From Planctomycetota bacterium (GTDB taxonomy: Bacteria; Planctomycetota; B15-G4; JADJEK01): a stretch of DNA of 64,000 nucleotides. The position numbers were made by a program, and so were the translations under genes. The notes beneath the pieces are model-generated. The model searched no databases and had not been told where the DNA came from. It was given only the letters and a program-made list of their open reading frames with translations. This document shows positions 38,033 through 47,362 of the stretch, piece after piece. The stretch covers positions 1 to 64,000 of the forward strand of contig JBGAIQ010000023.1 of the NCBI GenBank assembly GCA_044225365.1, written 5' to 3'. How positions within the stretch are numbered: position 1 is the first letter of the stretch; every line of letters begins with the position of its first letter.

Positions 38033-39355
38033 ATGTCGGGTACCTCCTTCGAGATCATCCTCATCGTTCTTCTCGTCGTCGCGAACGGATTGTTCGCGAT
38101 GTCGGAGATGGCGCTCGTCGCGTCGCGCAAGGCGCGCTTGAAGCAGCGCGCCAAGGAAGGCGTCGCGGGCGCGAAGGTCGCGCTCGAACTCGCCGAGGCG
38201 CCTTCCGATTTCCTCGCGACCGCGCAGATCGGGATCACACTGGTCAGCGTCATCGCGAGCGCATTCGGCGGCGCCAAGCTCGCCGACCCGCTCGCGGCCT
38301 GGCTCGAGCAGTTTCCGGCGGTCGCCGCCTATTCGACCGCCATCGCGCTCACGACGGTCGTCGCCGGGATCACGCTGCTCACCATCTTCATCGGTGAGCT
38401 CGTCCCGAAGCGGCTCGCGATCGCCCACGCGGAGGCGATCGCCTGCGTCGCCGCTCGGCCCATGCGAGTGCTCGCGAAGATTTGCACGCCGCTCGTCCAC
38501 GTGCTCGGTCGTACGACCGATTGGATCGTGAAGGTCGTGGGAGTGAAGAAGACGGGCGACGAACCCGTCGTCACCGACGACGAGGTGCGACACCTGCTCG
38601 ATCAGGGCATGCGCGCCGGGAACTTCGAGTTCGTCGAACGCCTCATGGTCGACAACTTGTTCAAGCTGTCGGACCGCCGCGTCGGATCGATCATGACTCC
38701 GCGGCAGGACGTCGTGTGGCTCGACGTCGCCGAACCCCTCGCCGAGATCCACCGCAAGATCAGCGCGGACAATCACGCCCGCTACATCGTCGCCGACGGC
38801 GATCTCGATCACGTGATCGGCGTCGTACGCATCCGCGATCTGCTGAAGAAGAGTCTCGCCGGCGCGAAGATCGACCTGAAGGTCGCGGTACAGAAACCGC
38901 TCTACGTCCCCGAGACGCTGCCCGCGCTGAAACTGCTCGAAGCGTTCAAGCGCCGTCGGCAGCACATGGCTCTCGTCCTCGACGAATACGGCGGGCTGCA
39001 GGGGATCGCAACGCTCGCCGACGTGCTCGAATCGATCCTCGGCGACATCCCAGACCACGGCGAATACAGCGAACCGGACGCGGTGCAGCGCGACGACGGT
39101 TCGTGGCTCCTCGACGGCGGCATCGATGTCGAGAAGGTGCGCACGATCCTCAGCATGCCGCCGTCGACCGAGGACGAGCGCCAGTCGTTCTCGACGCTCG
39201 CGGGATTCGTGATGTATCACATGGGCCGCGTGCCCAACATCGGCGATCACTTCGAGCACGAGAACGTCCGATTCGAGGTCGTCGACCTCGATGGGCGGCG
39301 GATCGATCGCGTGCTGGCGCAGAAGTCGGCGCCTCCGCCGGCACCGACGCCTTGA
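38033..39355 (+). CDS. HlyC/CorC (CNNM-CBS-CorC) family membrane protein
   Basis: NGLFAMSEMAL, QIGIT, GELVPK, IMTPR, VLDEYGG..GIATLADVLE, TLAGF. Confidence 0.92.
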   Translation: MSGTSFEIILIVLLVVANGLFAMSEMALVASRKARLKQRAKEGVAGAKVALELAEAPSDFLATAQIGITLVSVIASAFGGAKLADPLAAWLEQFPAVAAYSTAIALTTVVAGITLLTIFIGELVPKRLAIAHAEAIACVAARPMRVLAKICTPLVHVLGRTTDWIVKVVGVKKTGDEPVVTDDEVRHLLDQGMRAGNFEFVERLMVDNLFKLSDRRVGSIMTPRQDVVWLDVAEPLAEIHRKISADNHARYIVADGDLDHVIGVVRIRDLLKKSLAGAKIDLKVAVQKPLYVPETLPALKLLEAFKRRRQHMALVLDEYGGLQGIATLADVLESILGDIPDHGEYSEPDAVQRDDGSWLLDGGIDVEKVRTILSMPPSTEDERQSFSTLAGFVMYHMGRVPNIGDHFEHENVRFEVVDLDGRRIDRVLAQKSAPPPAPTP

Positions 39356-40579
39356 TCAGGCGTCGCGCAGGGCCACCGCGGGGTCGAGCCGCGCCGCGCG
39401 CCGCGCGGCCGGCAATCCGGCGAACGTACCGACCGCGACGAGCACTCCGAGCCCCGTCAGCAACAGCGGCGGATCGATCTTCGGGGCGACGTCGATCGTC
39501 ATCGAGAGACTGAGCGGTCCGAGCGCCTTGACCGCGGCCCAGCCGAGGCCCACGCCCACCAAGCCGCCGCCGAGGCAGAGCAGCAACGATTCGGTGAGGA
39601 TCTGGAGCTGGATCATGCGCGGCGTCGCGCCGAGCGCCTTGCGCAGTCCGATCTCGCTCGTGCGTTCCGCGACGGTGATGCCGACGACGTTTGCCGCACC
39701 GAGGCAACCGAGCACGAGCGCCACGAGCGAGATCATCCAGATCAGCGCTTCGAGCCCCGCCGCGACCGTATTCACCTGCGCGATGAACTCGGTCTGCTCG
39801 GTGATGTTCACCGCGGTCTTGTCGGTCGGGTCGAACTTGTAGAGCGTGCCGAGCGCGTTGCGCAGTTCGGAGACCGCATCGGCCGCGAGATCGGGGCGCA
39901 CGGGCTTCACCGAGAGCCAGTCGACCATCTTGCCGCCCGAACCGCCCATCCCGAACGTCGCCGAATACGGCACGTAGAAGCTGTACGCGAACGCCGCGGG
40001 ATCCCAAACGACTCCGACGATCTCGAATCTTCGCCCGCGCGCGTCGAGCCACTCGCCGAGCGGCGAGTCGTTGCCGAACAAGCCCTTCGCGAGCGGCATG
40101 TTGATGACCGCGACCTTCTCGTGATTCGCTTCGTCGGCGGCGGTGAACCACCGGCCCTCGAGCATCTTGAGGTCGGCGACGGAGAGGTACTCCGACCCGA
40201 CGCCGCGCAGCGACGCCCAGGGCCAGCTCCGCTTCGGCGCGAACACGGGCGAGCCCATTCCCGGGCTGTAGCCGGGAGACATGTCGCCGATCGAGGGGCA
40301 GGCCTCACGGATGAGCTGTAGATCGTCGTACTTGATCTCGAGCCTCTTGCCCCTGCGGCTGCCGCCGGGTCCGCCGCGCATGCGGGGCTCGACCTTGATC
40401 TGCGTCGACCCCATCTGCTTCAGCACCTCGGCCGTGGCCTGCGGCGCCGAGTTGCCGTACGCCATCAGAACGAGCAATACGGCGGTTCCGAACGTCACCG
40501 TCAGCGCGGTCAGGACGGACCGCAGAGGATGGTGCCGCAGCGCGGCAATGGCTTCGGAGGCGACGATGTCGAATTGCAT
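39356..40579 (-). CDS. MacB/FtsX-type ABC transporter permease
   Basis: LRSVLT, GRWFT..D, ERTSEIGLRKALGA, PAARRAARLDP..ALR; start ATG 40579. Confidence 0.9.
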   Translation of the reverse strand: MQFDIVASEAIAALRHHPLRSVLTALTVTFGTAVLLVLMAYGNSAPQATAEVLKQMGSTQIKVEPRMRGGPGGSRRGKRLEIKYDDLQLIREACPSIGDMSPGYSPGMGSPVFAPKRSWPWASLRGVGSEYLSVADLKMLEGRWFTAADEANHEKVAVINMPLAKGLFGNDSPLGEWLDARGRRFEIVGVVWDPAAFAYSFYVPYSATFGMGGSGGKMVDWLSVKPVRPDLAADAVSELRNALGTLYKFDPTDKTAVNITEQTEFIAQVNTVAAGLEALIWMISLVALVLGCLGAANVVGITVAERTSEIGLRKALGATPRMIQLQILTESLLLCLGGGLVGVGLGWAAVKALGPLSLSMTIDVAPKIDPPLLLTGLGVLVAVGTFAGLPAARRAARLDPAVALRDA

Positions 40580-40644
40580 GGGGTAGAGCGAGTCTACTAC
40601 GGATCGGAACGGAGAGCGTTGGGATGCGCTCGATGGCGAGCGAA

Positions 40645-41232
40645 TCACGATTCGAGGCAGCGCAGCGCCATGCGCGCCGTGCGCATCAACTCCTGGTTCG
40701 TCGCCCCGCCCGCCGCCTGCACCGCCATTCCGTGCGCCACGGTGATGACGAAGCGTGCGACGTCGCCCGGATCGAGTCCTTTGGGCAGATCGCCTTCCTT
40801 CTTTGCGCGGACGAGTCGCTTTCGCAACTCCACTTCGCTCGCGGATCGTCGAGCCGCGAGCTCACGGCGCACGCGCTCGGATTCCTGGCCGCAAGCGAGT
40901 GCTCCTTGGACGAGGAGGCAGCCCCGCGGGTTCTTCTTGTCGGATAGCAGGCGCGCCGCCCCGAAGAGGAGTTCCTCGACGACTTCACGAGACGTGCCCT
41001 TCGAGAGCGCCGCGCGCGCGTGCGCCGCCGGACCTTCGGCGTAGCGGTCGAGCACCTTCTCGAAGAGGTCTTCCTTGTTGCCGAACGCGGCGTAGAGGCT
41101 CGGACGATTGATCCCCATCGCCTTCGTGAGGTCCGGCAACGACGCGCCCTCGTAGCCCTTCTCCCAGAAGACGCGGAGCGCGGCGTTCAGAGCTTCATCG
41201 AGATCGAAGGTTCGAGGACGGCCGGCGGGCAT
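40645..41232 (-). CDS. TetR/AcrR family regulator
   Basis: GRPRTFD, FWEKGYEG, GINRPSLYAAFGNKE.LF, GCLLV. Confidence 0.95.
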   Translation of the reverse strand: MPAGRPRTFDLDEALNAALRVFWEKGYEGASLPDLTKAMGINRPSLYAAFGNKEDLFEKVLDRYAEGPAAHARAALSKGTSREVVEELLFGAARLLSDKKNPRGCLLVQGALACGQESERVRRELAARRSASEVELRKRLVRAKKEGDLPKGLDPGDVARFVITVAHGMAVQAAGGATNQELMRTARMALRCLES

Positions 41233-41276
41233 GGCGCGGACTCCGTGGCTGTGTGGACCATGGACTCTCTGGATTT

Positions 41277-41345
41277 CGTACCGCTCAATACATTAATCCA
41301 GTTGACGAGGAATCTCCACGAGCTACTTTTGTACCCTTCAGTACA
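41277..41345. promoter_or_regulatory. Two TetR-type operators flanking a putative sigma70 promoter for the SDR gene
   Basis: CGTAC-CGCTCA-ATACA (41277-41292) and TGTAC-CCTTCA-GTACA (41330-41345). TTGACG (41302-41307), 16-nt spacer, TACTTT (41324-41329). The region is locally AT-rich. Confidence 0.65.
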
Positions 41346-41368
41346 CAATCCAACGAAGGAGACTCATC

Positions 41369-42127
41369 GTGTCGAACGCATCGAAGAAGCTCACGGGCAA
41401 GGTCGCACTCGTCACGGGCGGATCCCGGGGCATCGGCGCCGCGACGGCGCTCGCTCTCGCCGAGGATGGCGCCGACGTCGCCATCAGTTACTCGGCATCC
41501 GAGGCGAAGGCTCTCGAAGTCGTGAAGGCGATCGAGAAGAAGGGCGTGCGCGCTGCCGCGTTCAAGGCCGATCAGGCCGTCGCTGGCGAAGTGCGCAAGC
41601 TCATCGATTCCGTCCACCAGAAGTTCGGGAGGATCGACATCCTCGTCAACAACGCCGGCGTCTTCATGACCGGCTCCGTCGCCGACAGCGCGAACGACGA
41701 GGAGAAGTTCGACCACCAATTCGCGGTCAACGTCGGCGGCGTCGCGGCCGCTGTTCGCTCCGCGGCTCCTCGCATGGGCTCCGGCGGCCGCATCATCACG
41801 ATCGGCTCGTGCATCGGAGAGCGCGTGGGGTTCCCCGGCCTCGCGGACTACGCGGCGACGAAAGCCGCGGTCCTGAACTACACCCGGGGTTGGGCGCGTG
41901 ATCTCGGTCCCAAGGGCATCACCGTCAACGTCGTCCAGCCCGGACCGATCGACACCGACATGAACCCGGCGGACAGCGACTTCGCCAAAGTGCTCATTCC
42001 CGGCCTCGCGCTGGGGCGCTTCGGCAAGCCGGAGGAGGTGGCCGCCGCGGTCGTCTTCCTCGCGAGCCCGGCCGCCTCGTACATCACGGGCGCGACGCTC
42101 ACCGTCGACGGCGGCGCGAACGCCTGA
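41369..42127 (+). CDS. Short-chain dehydrogenase/reductase (BdcA/FabG-like)
   Basis: TGGSRGIG, NNAG, YAATK, VQPGPIDTDMNP; AAGGAG RBS; divergent from the TetR gene. Confidence 0.92.
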   Translation: MSNASKKLTGKVALVTGGSRGIGAATALALAEDGADVAISYSASEAKALEVVKAIEKKGVRAAAFKADQAVAGEVRKLIDSVHQKFGRIDILVNNAGVFMTGSVADSANDEEKFDHQFAVNVGGVAAAVRSAAPRMGSGGRIITIGSCIGERVGFPGLADYAATKAAVLNYTRGWARDLGPKGITVNVVQPGPIDTDMNPADSDFAKVLIPGLALGRFGKPEEVAAAVVFLASPAASYITGATLTVDGGANA

Positions 42128-42147
42128 GCAGCGCGGCGTTCGAAGGC

Positions 42148-43569
42148 TCAGTGCGGGCGCGTCGATAACTCCCCCGTGACTCCGAGGAGTCGCGCCCGCC
42201 TCGCCGCCAATGCATCTCGGTCCCCCATCGCCGCGAGCCCGCAAAGGTACGGCACGGTTCGTTGCGTCTCGATTGCACGATTGGTCCATTCGAGCGCTTT
42301 CGATGTCGCGCCGGCGCGTTCGTAGTTGCCGGCGAGCGCCGTCTCGATCTCGAGTCGATACATAGAGGTGAGTTTCAAAAAGGAGGCACTGCCGGCCGCC
42401 GATTCGAGCAGTGAGTCGAGCTCGAGCAGGACTTCGATCGCGCGATTCCGATCCCCGAACCGACCTTCGTGCGTCGCGTATTCGATGGAACACGCGAGCC
42501 AGTCCTTTTCTTGGCGTCCAGGGTTCCACGTCGCATCGTGTCGAACAAGGCCACGCGGCGGACCGAGCCGGTAAGCGCGACCTCGAAGCATCGCCGCGAT
42601 CTCCTCGTCGCGATGCGCGCTCTGCCGATCGAATTCGAGCGCGATGCCCTGCAGCAGGTGTCGCGCGATCGCACGTTCGACTTCCGGATCGACGAGGCGG
42701 AGTGCGGCGCAACGGATCACGTTCTTGACCGAACATCGAGGATCGTCCTCGCTCTGCGATGGCATCGCATCGGAGAGTTCCGCGAGGACCGCCGCGCGTG
42801 CCGCATCGGTCGGCGCCCGCTCGTACTCTCTCCAGATCGCATCGATCGAAGTGATCGGTGGCCCGGGAAGGACGCTACACGACCCCATCACCCACGCGAA
42901 CGGATCGAGGCGTTCGATCGCGAAGACGCGCGGGATCAGGTCGTTCGATTCGTCGGTCGGCGTGAACTCTTCCGGAACGGGCTCCTCGGCCGGGGGGCGG
43001 TCCTCTGCCGAGCCGGAGAGCAGGAGGGCCCGATGCAGCAGCGCCCTGGCCCGAGAATCCGCGCCCGACGAATCGATCGTTCCGTCGATGCGATTGCCGC
43101 TCGTCCGTCGTGTGCAGCGTTCGCGAATCGATGTGAGCAATTCCTCGTCGATCGGTCCCAGATCGACCCGCACGCACAGCTCGGCGAACTCGCGATCCGC
43201 TCCGCGCGCGCCGCGAAGGCTCTCGTGAGCGAACTTCGCCCACGCGCTTGGCCACCACGCCGTTCCGGGTTCCCCGAGGTGATCGTCGATGGCGAGTCTC
43301 CACTCATGGCGCGGAAATCTCGTCACGATCGAGCGCGCTTCGTCGACGAATGCGTTCCATTGCTCGTGAATCGTCGCGATCGCGGAGAGCGCTTCATCGC
43401 GCCCACCCGGCTCGCCTCGCACCACGGAGTCGATGAGCGACTCCCTTTGCGCCGTCCAATCCACCGACCGGGGCAGGACCGTTGGCATCGGACCTTGCCT
43501 CGCACCTGGGAACGAAAAGGACAGGGGAAACAGGGTGATCCCAATCGCCGTCAGGGCTTCGAATCGCAT
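42148..43569 (-). CDS. Exported helical/TPR-like hypothetical protein, paralog A
   Basis: ATG 43569, hydrophobic N-terminus; DDPR.S.KN, LLQGIALEF, AHRD, IETALA, ALEW shared with 46439..47362. Confidence 0.6.
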   Translation of the reverse strand: MRFEALTAIGITLFPLSFSFPGARQGPMPTVLPRSVDWTAQRESLIDSVVRGEPGGRDEALSAIATIHEQWNAFVDEARSIVTRFPRHEWRLAIDDHLGEPGTAWWPSAWAKFAHESLRGARGADREFAELCVRVDLGPIDEELLTSIRERCTRRTSGNRIDGTIDSSGADSRARALLHRALLLSGSAEDRPPAEEPVPEEFTPTDESNDLIPRVFAIERLDPFAWVMGSCSVLPGPPITSIDAIWREYERAPTDAARAAVLAELSDAMPSQSEDDPRCSVKNVIRCAALRLVDPEVERAIARHLLQGIALEFDRQSAHRDEEIAAMLRGRAYRLGPPRGLVRHDATWNPGRQEKDWLACSIEYATHEGRFGDRNRAIEVLLELDSLLESAAGSASFLKLTSMYRLEIETALAGNYERAGATSKALEWTNRAIETQRTVPYLCGLAAMGDRDALAARRARLLGVTGELSTRPH

Positions 43570-43662
43570 CGCTGGGTCCGCCTTCGGGTTTGGACCCCGC
43601 CCTGACGGAATCGTCCGCGCGCCCTTCCGCCGGATTGCGTGGAAGTGCGAGTTTGGGAAGCG

Positions 43663-43747
43663 TTCCCGTTCGGGAATTTTCGTCCGGAGACAGCTCATGA
43701 AGACTCCATCCGCGGGCCGTTTCGAGAAAAGTGTTCCCGATCGGGAT
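43663..43747. promoter_or_regulatory. Two palindromic operators of the hipB-like gene
   Basis: TTCCCGTTCGGGAA (43663-43676) and TTCCCGATCGGGAT (43734-43747) flank the ATG at 43697. Confidence 0.6.
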
Positions 43748-43884
43748 TCGGCGTTCGGCTCGTCTCCGACCTCGAGAGCGGCAAGCCCACGCTCCGGATG
43801 GACGCGGCGAATCGAGTCCTAGCGGTCTTCGGTAAGCGACTCGGTGCGGTCGACGCGGCGCGAGGAGACGGAGGCGTCCCATGA
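43697..43884 (+). pseudogene. HipB-like (y4mF-type Xre HTH) remnant with internal deletion and frameshift
   Basis: GGAG + ATG 43697 is out of frame with GVRLVSDLESGKPTLRMDAANRVLAVFG; the first HTH helices are absent. Confidence 0.7.
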
Positions 43885-44224
43885 GACTTCGATCGGCCCT
43901 GGTGCGCCTCGATGGAACGTCCGTTGGCAGGCTGGACGAGACCGCTCATGGATGTGAGTTCAGATATCTCTCGTCCTGGCTCGCGCGGCGCGAGGCCGTT
44001 CCGATCTCCCTCACGCTTCCGCTGCGCAGCGCTCCCGTCTCGACGGAGGGGCTCCATCCGTCCTTGGAGAACCTCCTCCCCGAAGGATGGCTGCGCGAAC
44101 TCTCGACCCAGAAGTTGAAGATCAGCAAGGACGACGCGTTCGGCCTCCTCGTCGCAACCAAACAGAACGCGCTCGACCTGGCGCGCGGTCGTTCCTCGGG
44201 GAGGCGATGAAGACGGCGTACTAA
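43881..44224 (+). pseudogene. HipA N-terminal (Couple_hipA / HipS-like) gene truncated at its 3' end and joined to a probable HipA/HipT C-terminal remnant
   Basis: VGRL, F.Y...WL, ISLTLP, ENLLPEGW, D.FGLL are present, but the usual DxxGA ending is missing. RSFLGEAMKTAY* lies at 44186-44224 in a shifted frame. Confidence 0.65.
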
Positions 44225-44449
44225 ATGACCGTTCACGATTCGGCCCGGCCTGCGACCGGCTGCGAGCCGCGGATGCATCGTCGGACCTCCTCATCGACTC
44301 TTTTCGTTGAGTCGCTTCGTCGGTCCTCCTCGCCTGCGCGGCTCTCCCTCGGTCTCGGTACCCTGGCCGAATCGTGAACGGTCACATAGGCGCTGCTCGA
44401 GAAGCGCGCGGCGGATCTCTCGGCGTAGGAACACGGCGCCGCCCGCTCG

Positions 44450-44686
44450 TCACTTCCGAATCAGCGCATTGGCGAGGTGCCCCCAAGCCGTCGCGATCGC
44501 GAGCAGCCCGAGGCACGCGGCTTCCAAACGCCCTTGGTCGGCCGCGTCGATGAAGACCCACACACCCGCTAGACCGGTGAAGAAGAGGCCGTAGATCGAG
44601 AACCCGACCATGCCTTCGATCGGTCCCTTCCATTTACCCTTGGCATTCACAGTGTCCTTGTCGGAATCGATCGAGTTCGACTGCAT
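44450..44686 (-). CDS. Small 2-TM hypothetical protein
   Basis: 78-aa ORF with two hydrophobic helices and a purine-rich upstream region. Confidence 0.45.
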   Translation of the reverse strand: MQSNSIDSDKDTVNAKGKWKGPIEGMVGFSIYGLFFTGLAGVWVFIDAADQGRLEAACLGLLAIATAWGHLANALIRK

Positions 44687-44746
44687 GCGTATTCCACCCT
44701 CGAGGTCCAATGAGATCCGATACCGCGGGTCCGCCGCAGCTTGTTT

Positions 44747-45658
44747 TCAAGAATCCGTGTTCACCCACATCGCCGTGAGCTGACGTATCGGGCCCGGCCG
44801 CGGTCCCCGCCAGTTCCGTTCGAACGATACCCGGAGAGCAACGGAAAGCTCGCGAGCCTTCGCCTCACACTTGTGAACACGCAGCATGCCTTCTTCCGTC
44901 GTGGCGACGTGGATTCCCGCCGAACCGTAGATCTGCGCGCGAAGAGCGAGCGTCATCGCCGCGATCTCACTGAGCCCCATTCCCTCGCGGATCGCATCCG
45001 CGGCGAGTTCGACGGAATCGAGACCACCGACCCGAAGAACGACGAACCCGCCGTCGCTTCGATGTTGATTCGAATAGAGCGCGCCGATTCGAAATCGACT
45101 CGTCGAGTCCGCCGCGATCGCGCCGAAAGCATTTCGAATCGAGATCGCGGTGTCGCGAACGAACTCGGATGTCGTCGTCTGCTCCAGCGCATGAACGAGG
45201 TCGAGAACATCTCCGGCGCGCCACCGCGATCGCTCGTCGCCGAGGCAGGTGAGTACAGTGGTGATCTCGTCGTCGATATCGATCGCAATCGGCGATTCTG
45301 GACTCCTCGTCGGCATCGAAGCGAGGATCGACTCGAGCGCGTCGACCACTCGAGGATGACTCGCGCCGCAGACGAAGGCCACATCCGGATCGTGAAGAAC
45401 GACAGCGAGCAGGTGTTCCACCTGCGCCCTCAGATGACGCCTTTTCAGACCAACGAAGGTCGACGCGAGGAGGCCGAGCCTCGCTTCCATCGGCAAGCGG
45501 AGACGACGCTGTAAGAATCTCCACACGTCTCGAATCATGAAGTGCCCGACGAGCGCAGCGATCGAGATGTAAAGAGATGGTTGCGTCCCACCCTTCCACG
45601 CGAAGAGCGCGAGGACGAGCGTCCAGTAGATTGCGAGGAGGAGATAGTCGATCCGCAT
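44747..45658 (-). CDS. Hypothetical protein with two N-terminal TM helices
   Basis: ORF fills the gap with protein-like composition; TAGGAT upstream at 45688-45683. Confidence 0.55.
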   Translation of the reverse strand: MRIDYLLLAIYWTLVLALFAWKGGTQPSLYISIAALVGHFMIRDVWRFLQRRLRLPMEARLGLLASTFVGLKRRHLRAQVEHLLAVVLHDPDVAFVCGASHPRVVDALESILASMPTRSPESPIAIDIDDEITTVLTCLGDERSRWRAGDVLDLVHALEQTTTSEFVRDTAISIRNAFGAIAADSTSRFRIGALYSNQHRSDGGFVVLRVGGLDSVELAADAIREGMGLSEIAAMTLALRAQIYGSAGIHVATTEEGMLRVHKCEAKARELSVALRVSFERNWRGPRPGPIRQLTAMWVNTDS

Positions 45659-45743
45659 GAGGATTCCCGATCCTGACTCGGGATCCTACGACTGCGTCGA
45701 CGCCGCGCAATCATCGAAGTCGCGTCGGGACGTGATCCTGTCG

Positions 45744-46442
45744 TCAGCGCTCGGGCGGCCGTTCCATCTCCGCGAGGCGCGCGCGAAGGAAGTCCGCGAG
45801 GCGAAGGATCGAGCCGTCCTCGAGGCGGATCTTATAGTCCTCGCCGCTCGTCGACGATTTCGTCGCGAGGTGATCGATGAAGCCCATCGCATCTTCGATG
45901 TCGTCGCCGGCGGCCTTGCGCTTCGTGCGCAAATGGCTCGCGGCGTCGGCCGCCGAATACTCACTCCCGTTGCGCAGGAACGTCGCGCCGCGCAGCGCTC
46001 CGACGAGATCGATCAGGCGATCGATCTTCTCGTCCTCGGACATGCCGGCCGACAGGAGATCGATCTCGAAGCTGGCATAGTCCTGACCGATCAGAGCATT
46101 GTCGAGCTTGGCGAGCGTCAATCGATATTGATCGGAGCCGAGCGCGAAGCTCGTACTCTGCCCCGCCTTCATCGAAGTCGCGCCGAGGAGCGGAGCCCCA
46201 TCCTCCTTCGCGAGCGACGTCATCACCTGACCGCGCGTGATGTCGTCAATCGTGAGCACGAGAGCGCCCTTCGAACCCGGGATCGGCGTCGTCGTTCGCT
46301 GCGCGACCCTGATCGCGATCGGCAGGACGTCGAGCTTCGGGGAGGACCGCCGCTCGGATACCGTTCGATCCCGCGAGCAGCTGGCGAGAAGGATCGCGCA
46401 CGAGAGGATGAGGCTTGTCCGCGGTTTCATGATCACTCTCAT
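45744..46442 (-). CDS. Putative lipoprotein with C-terminal DUF5329 domain
   Basis: LLASC lipobox; FLRNGSEYSA..AA.HL..K, FI..LATKSS.SG..Y. Start is 46442 (ATGA overlap) or 46430. Confidence 0.7.
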   Translation of the reverse strand: MRVIMKPRTSLILSCAILLASCSRDRTVSERRSSPKLDVLPIAIRVAQRTTTPIPGSKGALVLTIDDITRGQVMTSLAKEDGAPLLGATSMKAGQSTSFALGSDQYRLTLAKLDNALIGQDYASFEIDLLSAGMSEDEKIDRLIDLVGALRGATFLRNGSEYSAADAASHLRTKRKAAGDDIEDAMGFIDHLATKSSTSGEDYKIRLEDGSILRLADFLRARLAEMERPPER

Positions 46443-47362
46443 TTCGCTCGAGGAAGGGCGCGCGTGAGGCGTTCCCGAGTCTCCGTCAATCGATTCTCGC
46501 ACTCCTCGCGGCCAATCGAACAGGGAAACATCGTATGGCGCTTCGACTCGACTGCGCGGTCGAGCCAGATGAGTGCCTCCCGCGGATCTCCAAGGTCCTC
46601 GAAATGATCCGCGAGCGCCGTCTCGATCGCGATCCTGTCGCTCGGCCAATCGAAAAAGCCGCGCATCCCATCGACGCGCACGGACTCGATGCCAGAGTGT
46701 GCGGCGCGCAGGATGTCGATCGCACGCGTTCTATGGTTCGCGCTCCATTCGTACTCCGCGAGCCGTATCGCGGAATAGAACGAGTCGCGTTCGAGCGCTC
46801 CACCGTCGATGCGGGGTTCGAGGGGCCCGAGCCGAAACGCTCGATCGCGCAAGGCAGCCGCGACCCGATCGTCGCGATGCGCCACGGAGTATTGGAACTC
46901 GAGCGCGATCCCTTGGAGCAATCGTCGCAGGAGTTCGCAATCCGCAGCGGGATCGAGGAGCGGAATCGTCGCCGCACGCAATGCGTTCTTCGTCGAGTGA
47001 CGCGGGTCGTCGTCATCGCTCTTCGGAAGTTGCTCGGCGAACGCGATCGCCGCCAGCGCGCGCTCCCGATCGCTCGTCGCGCGATCGAACTCTCCTCCGA
47101 ATTCCTTACTCGCGGCGTTGAGTCGGAGCTGGGAGCGGATCGACGCGATCTCCGTGAGGGCGTCCTGACGCCCATTCGGACGGATCGCGAAGAGGCTTTC
47201 GACATATCGCTCGCCGGGTCCGGGATCCTCGGGTTGAACGATCTCGGGTGCGTAGCGGTCCTTTCCGCCGCAGCCGAGGAAAGTCAGCGCCAGTAGAAAA
47301 CCGACGGCCGTGCCCGTTCGACGGACGGTCACGTAGGCAAGCGTGAAGAAGCTTCTCCTCAT
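46439..47362 (-). CDS. Helical/TPR-like putative lipoprotein, paralog B (short form)
   Basis: FLGC lipobox-like; DPGPGERYV; DDPR.S.KN, LLQGIALEF, AHRDDRVAA; ATGA overlap with the upstream gene. Confidence 0.65.
   Translation of the reverse strand: MRRSFFTLAYVTVRRTGTAVGFLLALTFLGCGGKDRYAPEIVQPEDPGPGERYVESLFAIRPNGRQDALTEIASIRSQLRLNAASKEFGGEFDRATSDRERALAAIAFAEQLPKSDDDDPRHSTKNALRAATIPLLDPAADCELLRRLLQGIALEFQYSVAHRDDRVAAALRDRAFRLGPLEPRIDGGALERDSFYSAIRLAEYEWSANHRTRAIDILRAAHSGIESVRVDGMRGFFDWPSDRIAIETALADHFEDLGDPREALIWLDRAVESKRHTMFPCSIGREECENRLTETRERLTRALPRAK

Noticed and set aside
38033-39355. Hemolysin toxin
   Set aside because: The CNNM-CBS-CorC architecture indicates an ordinary Mg2+/Co2+ homeostasis protein.
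39350-39361. Abutting convergent stop codons forming TGATCA
   Set aside because: A common consequence of compact convergent genes, with no evidence of function.
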